DNA of 64,000 bases, from assembly GCA_965208125.1 (NCBI GenBank), contig OZ242320.1, forward strand, positions 800,001 through 864,000, read 5' to 3'. Made by a program: the position numbers and the translations under genes. This DNA is from Candidatus Latescibacterota bacterium. GTDB lineage: Bacteria; Latescibacterota; UBA2968. The notes below the pieces were generated by a model that saw only the letters and a program-made list of their open reading frames with translations, was not told where the DNA came from and ran no database searches. This document shows, one piece after another, positions 57,035-64,000 of this stretch (positions within the stretch are counted from its first letter, which is position 1; each line of letters starts with the position of its first letter).

Positions 57035-57300
57035 AAAAAAGCCCCTTCGTCATCATAGGGACGAAAGAGCTTTTCGCGGTACCACCCTATTTGCGCTAAA
57101 AAGCACCACTCAATAGATGGCCATCACCATCCTGTCCATTGTCGGCGGACCCACCGGCTCGGCTTAATAGGAAACTATCTTTCCATTCGGCTTTGCAGCT
57201 CGGGAGGGAACTTCGCCTGTGCATCCTGCAGATGTGCTTTCAGCCCAGGACACATCCTCTCTGTGCAGTTGGGAACAGGTTACTTTTCTCCGTCATTGCT
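57035..57300 (-). ncRNA. Transcriptional T-box riboswitch with Phe (UUC) specifier
   Basis: Stem I with GA motif, AGUA, AGAGAG, GGGCUGA loop and GAAG-UUC specifier (57210-57208); T-box AGGGUGGUACCGCG (57088-57075); terminator GCUCUUUCGUC...GACGAAGGGGC-U6. Confidence 0.92.
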
Positions 57301-57310
57301 TTGGAGAGAA

Positions 57311-57339
57311 AACATAGAAATTTGCACTACAAGTGTCAA
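57311..57339 (-). promoter_or_regulatory. sigma70 promoter of T-box-pheST
   Basis: TTGACA-17 bp-TATGTT just upstream of stem I. Confidence 0.75.
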
Positions 57340-57355
57340 GCCGAAAGTCGCAAAC

Positions 57356-60300
57356 CTATCCGCCAACCGATTTGCCAAAGACACTCACAAGCAGAAGAAA
57401 ATCGGGAAAGTCAACAGCACCGTTCCCATTGATATCGTATTGGGCCTGGGACGATCCAAAGGCACTCACAAACAGGAGAAAATCAGTAAATTCGACTACG
57501 CCATTGCCGTCAAAATCCGATTTGGCCTCCACAGAAAGCGGCTGGACAACGCCAGAAATCGTCAGCGTATGCTTTGCGCGATCCGGATCATTACTCGAAA
57601 TGGTGATAAGCCCCGAAAATGTGCCTTCCATGGGTTTGGGAAACGCAATCATAACCGTCGCCGAACTATCCGGAGGCAACGTAAACATCACAGGATCAAA
57701 TGTCAAACCCGACACATCGCTCTCAATACCCGTAATCTCCAACGGCGCAGTACCCGTATTCGTAATCGTAAAAGTCTGCTGGGCCGTCTTTTCGGCATCA
57801 ATAGTACCGAAATCAATTGCGGATTCTCCCACAACCAGCACCGGCGCAGGTGCCGCCTGCACAATCACAGACACAGATAATGTCTGGGTTGCACGATCCG
57901 GATCATTACTCGAAATGGTGATAAGCCCCGAAAACGTACCCTCCACAGAACTCGGAAACGTCACTGTCACTGTGCGCGAACTATCCGGAGATAGTGTAAA
58001 CATCACAGGATCAAACGTCAGACCCGACACATCGCTCTCGATACCCGTAATCTCAAGGGGAGCCGTACCCGTATTCGTCACCGTAATCGTCTGCTGAACC
58101 GGTTGAGCAAACGCAACTGTGCCAAAGTCAATTGCTGTTTGCTGAACAGTGATAGCCGGAACAGGTCGCGGTTGAACAATCACAGAAATTGACAGCGTAT
58201 GCTTTGCGCGATCCGGATCATTACTCGAAATAGTGATATTGCCTGAAAACGTGCCCTCCACAGAACTCGGAAACGTCACTGTCACCGTCTGTGAACCATT
58301 AGGTTCCAGCGTGAACATCGTATTATCAAACGTCAAACCCGACACATCACTCTCAATACCCGTAATCTCAAGGGAGGCCGTGCCCATATTCGTAATTGTA
58401 ATCGTCTGCTGAACCGGTTGAGCAAACGCAACTGTACCAAAATCAATTGACGTTTCCTGAACACTAATCGCTGGCACAGGTGCCGCCTGTACGATCACAG
58501 ACACAGATAATGTCTGCTTTGCGCGATCCGGATCATTACTCGAAATGGTGATAAGCCCCGAAAACGTACCCTCCACAGAACTCGGAAACGTCACTGTCAC
58601 TGTGCGCGAACTATCCGGAGATAGTGTAAACATCGCAGGATCAAAGGTTAGACCCGACACATCGCTCTCAATACCTGTAATCTCCAAATCCGCGGTACCT
58701 GTATTTGTAATCGTAATCGTCTGCTGAACCTGTTGCTCAAACGCAACAGTGCCGAAATTAACTTCCTCTTGTGGCACAGAGATCGCCGGAACAGGGGGCG
58801 GTTGAACGATCACAGAAATTTTCAGCCTATGCTTCGCTTGATCCGGATCATTACTCGAAATAGTGATATTACCTGAAAACGTGCCCTCCACAGAACTCGG
58901 AAATGTCACCGTCACCATCTGTGAACCATTAGGTGCCAGCGTGAACGTTGTAGTATCAAACGTCAGCCCCGACACATCGCTCTCTATACCTGTTATCTCT
59001 AAATCCGCGGTACCCGTATTTGTAATCGTAATCGTCTGCTGAACCGATTGGGCAAATGCAACAGTACCAAAGTCAATTTTCGTTTCCTGAACACTGATCG
59101 CTGGCACAGGTCGTGGCTGAACGATCACAGAAATTTTCAGCCTATGCTTCGCTTGATCCGGATCATTGCTCGAAATAGTGATAAACCCCGAAAACGTGCC
59201 CTCCACAGAACTCGGAAATGTAATCGTAACTGTCTGTGAACCATTAGGTGCCAGCGTGAATATCGTCGTATCAAACGTCAGCCCCGACACATCGCTCTCT
59301 ATACCCGTAATCTCAAGAGGCGCTGTTCCAGTATTCGTGATCGTAATCGTCTCTTGAACCGGTTGGGCAAACGCAACAGTACCAAAGTCAATCGCTGTTT
59401 GTTGTACCGAGATCGCTGGCACAGGTGCCGCCTGCACAATCACAGAAATCGATAGCGTATGCCTTGCGCGATCCGGATCATTGCTCAAAATATTGATACT
59501 ACCCGAAAACGTACCCTCTGTCGAATTCGGAAACGTCACTGTAACCGTGCGTGATCCATTGGGTTCCAGCGTGAACATCGTAGTATCAAATGTCAATCCC
59601 GACACATCGCTCTCAATACCCGTTATCTCCAACGAAGCTGTGCCCGTATTTGTAATCGTAATCGTCTCTTGAATCGGTTGACCTACCTCAACAGTACCGA
59701 AATCAACTGCCGTTTGTTGCACACTGATCGCAGGCACAGGAGGCGGCTGCACAATCACAGACACGGATAATGTCTGTGTTGCACGTTCCAGATCGTTACT
59801 CGAAATAGTGATATTCCCTGAAAACGTGCCTTCCGTCGAACTCGGAAACGTCACCGTCACCGTGCGCGAACCGCCAGGTTCCAGTGTGAACGTAGAAGGT
59901 TCAAACGTCAATCCCGACACATCGCTCTCAATACCCGTTATCTCAAGAGGCGCTGTTCCCGTATTTTGGACTGTGAAAGTCGCTTGAACCGATTGTGCAA
60001 ACGCAACAGTACCGAAATCAATCACTGTTTCCTGAATAGAGATCGCTGGCACAGGTCGCGGTTGGACAATACCAGAAACGGATAAGGTCTGTGTTCCACG
60101 TTCCAGATCGTTACTCAAAATAGTGATATTTCCCGAAAACGTACCCTCTGTCGAACTCGGAAACGTCACCGTCACCGTCCGCGAACTATTGGGTTCCAAT
60201 GTAAACATCGTAGTATCAAACGTCAGACCAGACACATCGCTCTCTATACCTGTAATCTCCAACGTTGCAGTACCCGTATTCGTAATCGTAATCGTATCCT

Positions 60301-62416
60301 GAACCGGTTGGGCAAACGCAACAGTACCAAAATCAATCGCCGTTTGCTGAACACTGATCGCTGGCACAGGTCGCGGTTGAACGATCACGAACACAGATAA
60401 TATCTGGGTTCCACTCTTCGGATCATTACTCGAAATAGTGATATTACCTGAAAACGTGCCCTCCGTCGAACTCGGAAATGTCACCGTCACCATCTGTGAA
60501 CCATTAGGTGCCAGTGTAAACATCGTAGCATCAAACGTCAGCCCCGACACATCACTCTCTATACCTGTAATCTCAAGAGGCGCTGTTCCAGTATTCCTGA
60601 TCGTAATCGTATCCTGAACCGGTTGTGCAAACTCAACAGTACCAAAATCAATTGCAGTCTCCCGCACAGAGATCGCAGGCACAGGTTTCGGTTGAACGGT
60701 CACAGAAACAGATAATGTCTGTGTTCCGCGTTCCAGATCATTACTCGAAATAGTGATATTGCCTGAAAACGTGCCCTCCGTCGAACTCGGAAACGTCACT
60801 GTCACCGTCTGTGAACCATTAGGTGCCAGCGTGAATATCGTATTATCAAACGTCAGGCCCGACACATCACTCTCTATACCCGTAATCTCAAGAGGCGCTG
60901 TTCCAGTATTCCTGATCGTAATCGTCTGTTGAACTGGTTGTGCAAATGCAACTGTACCAAAATCAATCGCCGTTTGCCGCACAGAGATCGCTGGTGCAGG
61001 CGGCGGTTGGACGATTACATAAACGGATACAGGGTACTCCGCATGATCTGGATCATTACTCAAAATATTAATAAGTCCTGAAAATGTACCTTCTGTCGAA
61101 CTCGGAAATGTCACTGTCACCGTGCGCGATCCATTGGGTTCCAATGTGAACATCGTAGTATCAAATGTCAAACCCGACACATCGCTCTCTATACCTGTAA
61201 TCTCAAGAGGACCTGTACCCATGTTCGTAATCGTAATCGTTTGTTCACCCGTTTGACCTGCCTCAATAGTACCAAAATTAACTCCTTCTTGTGGCACAGA
61301 GATCGCCGGTACAGGGGGCGGTTGAACGGTCACGGACACAGATAATGTCTGTGTTCCGCGTTCCAGATCATTACTCGAAATAGTGATATTACCTGAAAAC
61401 GTGCCCTCCGTCGAACTCGGAAACGTCACCGTCACCATCTGTGAACCGCCAGGTTCCAGCGTGAACATCGTAGTATCAAATGTCAAACCCGACACATCGC
61501 TCTCAATACCTGTTATCTCCAAATCCGCGGTACCTGTATTTGTAATCGTAATCGTCCGCTGAACCTGTTGTGCAAACTCAACAGTGCCGAAATCAACTGC
61601 TGTTTGCGGTACCGAGATCGCTGGCGCAGGGGGCGGTTGGACTATGACAGACACGGATAATGTGCTTGTTGCACTATTTGGGTCATTACTCGAAATCGTG
61701 ATATTACCCGAAAACGTGCCCTCTGTTGAACTCGGAAACGTCACTGTCACTGTCTGTGAACCGTTGGGAGCCAGTGTGAACGTCGTAGTATCAAACGTCA
61801 AACCCGATACATCACTCTCAATACCTGTAATCTCCAAATCCGCAGTACCCGTATTCGTAATCGTAATCGTCTCCTGACCTGTTTGACCCGTGTCAATAGT
61901 ACCGAAATCAACTCTCTCCTGCACTGAAATCGCTGGTGCAGGTGATGGTATTTGCGCCAACAGTTCATCAACCTTGGCTTCCGCAGTAGAAATGACGTTT
62001 GAAATAAAGCCTCCGGACCATTCTACATTCCCATCAGTACCAACCACAACGAGGCGATCATACGTGGTCGTAGCATCACTCCTACTCGCACTTAGAAGCA
62101 TGGGAAAAGTGATGCCTCCATTCGCGCGAAAACCCTCAACTTGAGCACGACTACCATTCCAGAGATCGAGACCGAGCATGGCAACATTGGGGTTATCGTT
62201 ATACTTTTGCCATAATGTTTCGAGCGACCTACCTGCCGCTCTACAGGTCGGTCAGCCATACCCGATGACTGCAAGTATGAGCACCTGGCCGCGATAGTCA
62301 GAAGCACTATATGTACTGCCGTCGAGGCCCGTTAAAGAAAAATTAACCGTTTGTGCAAAAGCAGACCCAGCGAGCAAGAACAGCATCATTGGGATAGATA
62401 AAAGATATTTGCGCAT
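57356..62416 (-). CDS. Putative secreted selenoprotein (1686 aa): signal peptide, TlpA/AhpC-TSA thioredoxin-fold domain with U55-P-T-C58, 14 Ig-like (choice-of-anchor D/ASH-like) repeats, dockerin-like EF-hand pair
   Basis: GAGGA RBS and ATG 62416; MRKYLLSIPMMLFLLAGSAFA-QTVNFSLTGLDGSTYSASDYRGQVLILAVIGYG-TGA-PTCRAAGRSLETLWQKY runs in frame into the 1607-aa ORF; C-terminal DFDGNGVVEFTDFLLF..DINGNGAVDFPDFLL. Confidence 0.85.
57540..61945 (-). repeat. 14 tandem 315-bp (105-aa) coding repeats
   Basis: LEITGIESDVSGLTF recurs 14 times at a 315-bp period (approx. 57708, 58023, ... 61803). Confidence 0.95.
62222..62254 (-). promoter_or_regulatory. Bacterial SECIS-like hairpin directly 3' of the in-frame UGA
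   Basis: UGA CCGACCUGUA GAGCGGC-AGGUAG-GUCGCUC: 7-bp stem 10 nt after UGA; G19-C20-A21-G22-G23-U24 (U of UGA = 1) match the E. coli fdhF SECIS positions as I recall them. Confidence 0.8.
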
Positions 62417-62566
62417 GGTATTTATCCTCATATATTGGTTAAGTTAAGGATCGGGAAAAGGATTTCCCTCCTACGGGTCCCTCAATAATGTATTACCTGT
62501 ACTAAAAGTATCAACGCTTCAATTTAACAGAAGTTTCTCCACAGGTCAATTCACAAGGAGCGAGCG

Positions 62567-63406
62567 ATGGGCATCCTCACCGAACAAAAAAAAGCGTTCT
62601 TTGACACCTTTGGGTTTCTCGCATTTCCGGGATTATTGTCAGATTGCATCGACGAAATTATCGAAGCATTTGAAACAATATGGACACAACGGGGAGGTGG
62701 ACACAACGGGCAACCGCACGACGGCAAACGCCGATCGTGTATCGTGCCATTTATCGACCAGCACGAACGCCTGTGCGCCCTCTTAGATGATCCGCGGATA
62801 AAAGAAATCCTGATCGGATTACTGGGTGAAAATTTCAATTACATGGGATCAGACGGAAATTATTATGCCGGAGACACGCAATGGCATTCGGATGGCTGGG
62901 GCAAGGAAATTCGATTTGTAAAAATTGCCCTGTACCTGGATCACTTAACGCGCGACACGGGTTGTTTGCGCGTCATTCCGGGAAGTCACCATCTCAAAGA
63001 TCAATATGCAAATAATGTCGAAAACACCGTCCGAAATTCTCAGGAGCAATGGGATATTCACGGATCAGATGTCCCTGCACTACCACTGGAAACCAATCCG
63101 GGCGACGTCGTCCTATTCAACCACAACTTAAAACACGCAGCCTTTGGCGGCAGTCCACGTCGGCGCATGTTCACCATCAACTGCAGCGAACGCTTCCCCG
63201 AAGACGAAGAACACATTGAACTGTTAAAAACACAGATTGCCGCACGCGCGCGGTTCTGGAACGATCGCGCTTACGGAAAAATCATGGTCGCAACCGCTGG
63301 ACCCGAACGACAAAAACATCTATCGCAAATCATGGCGCACGACGATCACCTCGCCGAACTCTCCGCACGCGCAAGAGAAGAAATGCCCGAGCCATCGCGT
63401 GGATAA
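62567..63406 (+). CDS. PhyH family dioxygenase
   Basis: FFDTFGFL, W-H-S-D, LRVIPGSH, PGDVVLFNHNLKHA, RRMF. Confidence 0.9.
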   Translation: MGILTEQKKAFFDTFGFLAFPGLLSDCIDEIIEAFETIWTQRGGGHNGQPHDGKRRSCIVPFIDQHERLCALLDDPRIKEILIGLLGENFNYMGSDGNYYAGDTQWHSDGWGKEIRFVKIALYLDHLTRDTGCLRVIPGSHHLKDQYANNVENTVRNSQEQWDIHGSDVPALPLETNPGDVVLFNHNLKHAAFGGSPRRRMFTINCSERFPEDEEHIELLKTQIAARARFWNDRAYGKIMVATAGPERQKHLSQIMAHDDHLAELSARAREEMPEPSRG

Positions 63407-63434
63407 CTCGCGATAGCCAGCCTATCAAAACCAG

Positions 63435-63461
63435 AAAGCCCTGTAACGCAGGGCTTTTTTT
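63435..63461 (+). terminator. Intrinsic terminator
   Basis: AAAGCCCTG-taacg-CAGGGCTTTTTTT. Confidence 0.85.
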
Positions 63462-63542
63462 ATTTAGGAATTCGCTCTTCGGAGTCACATATATATAGCG
63501 GGCGGAAAACAACCAATCAACAATCGTCTATCCGGAGTTACA

Positions 63543-64000
63543 ATGAGCAAACGCGATGCAGAGCAAATTCAAAAAGTATTGGCTGGCGACCAGGCTGCTT
63601 ACGAACCGCTGGTCAATGCGTATCAAGGGCGCATCTTTGCCTTTGTAGCTGGTCGAATCCGCAACTTTTCCGCAACTGAAGACATCGTCCAAAATGCGTT
63701 TGTGGAGGCATACATGCACCTCAAGTCTCTAAAATCGCCCGAAAAATTCTCAGGTTGGCTGCGGGGAATAGCACTCAATTTGTCAAACAAATGGCTTCAA
63801 CAAAAGCGTCCAGTCGTCTCAATCGACGACACATCGCGGGATATAACGCCTGAAGCATCGGAAGTTCCATTGCCGGACTTACCCGACGAAGCACTGGAAA
63901 AAACCGAAACAAAAGAAGTCGTTATAGCCGCCGTTGATGCATTGCCAGACATTTATCGAGAATCAGTACTGCTCCACTACATGGAAGGCATGACCTATCC
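63543..64000 (+). CDS. ECF sigma-70 factor, 3' end outside window; absent from ORF track
   Basis: Manual translation MSKRDAEQIQKVLAGDQAAYEPLVNAYQ...EDIVQNAFVEAY..L.SLKSPEKFSGWLRGIALN...VLLHYMEGMTY; GGAG RBS. Confidence 0.9.
   Translation, partial: MSKRDAEQIQKVLAGDQAAYEPLVNAYQGRIFAFVAGRIRNFSATEDIVQNAFVEAYMHLKSLKSPEKFSGWLRGIALNLSNKWLQQKRPVVSIDDTSRDITPEASEVPLPDLPDEALEKTETKEVVIAAVDALPDIYRESVLLHYMEGMTY

Noticed and set aside
57540-61945. Regular repeats as a CRISPR array
   Set aside because: 315-bp period, in-frame coding units, no unique spacers, no cas genes
62252-62416. In-frame TGA as a simple nonsense mutation
   Set aside because: Falls exactly at the redox Cys position, is followed by a SECIS-like hairpin, and the remaining ~4.9 kb is intact; not fully excluded without genome data
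1-64000. tRNA, rRNA, prophage, transposase or Sec-machinery genes
   Set aside because: None recognised by eye in this window

Overview
Chromosomal window from a diderm bacterium. The expanded PhyH-family dioxygenases and sulfatases, PorV/PorQ barrel, T9SS-CTD-like protein, dockerin-like DFDGNG repeats and archaeal-type aaRSs suggest Latescibacterota/Gemmatimonadota-like FCB affinity, possibly a sponge symbiont (inference only). Left arm (0.9-15.9 kb): catabolic cluster with 8 PhyH-family Fe(II)/2OG dioxygenases, 3 sulfatases, an SDR, a beta-hydroxyacid dehydrogenase, a cupin and an esterase, interrupted by hicAB. 15.9-22.9 kb: three DUF1800 paralogs plus a Tat-exported DUF1501, with a MITE next to the first RBS. 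23-32.5 kb: OM barrel, TonB-dependent receptor, T9SS-CTD-like protein, PorV/PorQ and lipoprotein operon. 32.8-57.3 kb: housekeeping and stress genes (PfkB kinase, archaeal-type aspS, ggt, ECF/anti-sigma/Spy locus, ilvB, NCS2 permease, two tandem TBDRs, archaeal-type pheST) carrying three leader-peptide attenuators and a Phe T-box. Top finding: the 1607-aa ORF at 57356-62179 is the tail of a 1686-codon gene starting at 62416. It has a signal peptide, an in-frame TGA in a U-P-T-C (UxxC) thioredoxin-fold motif, a SECIS-like hairpin whose GCAGGU sits at the same offset as in E. coli fdhF, 14 Ig-like repeats and a dockerin-like C-terminus, i.e. a candidate giant secreted selenoprotein. All calls come from reading the sequence; no searches were run.
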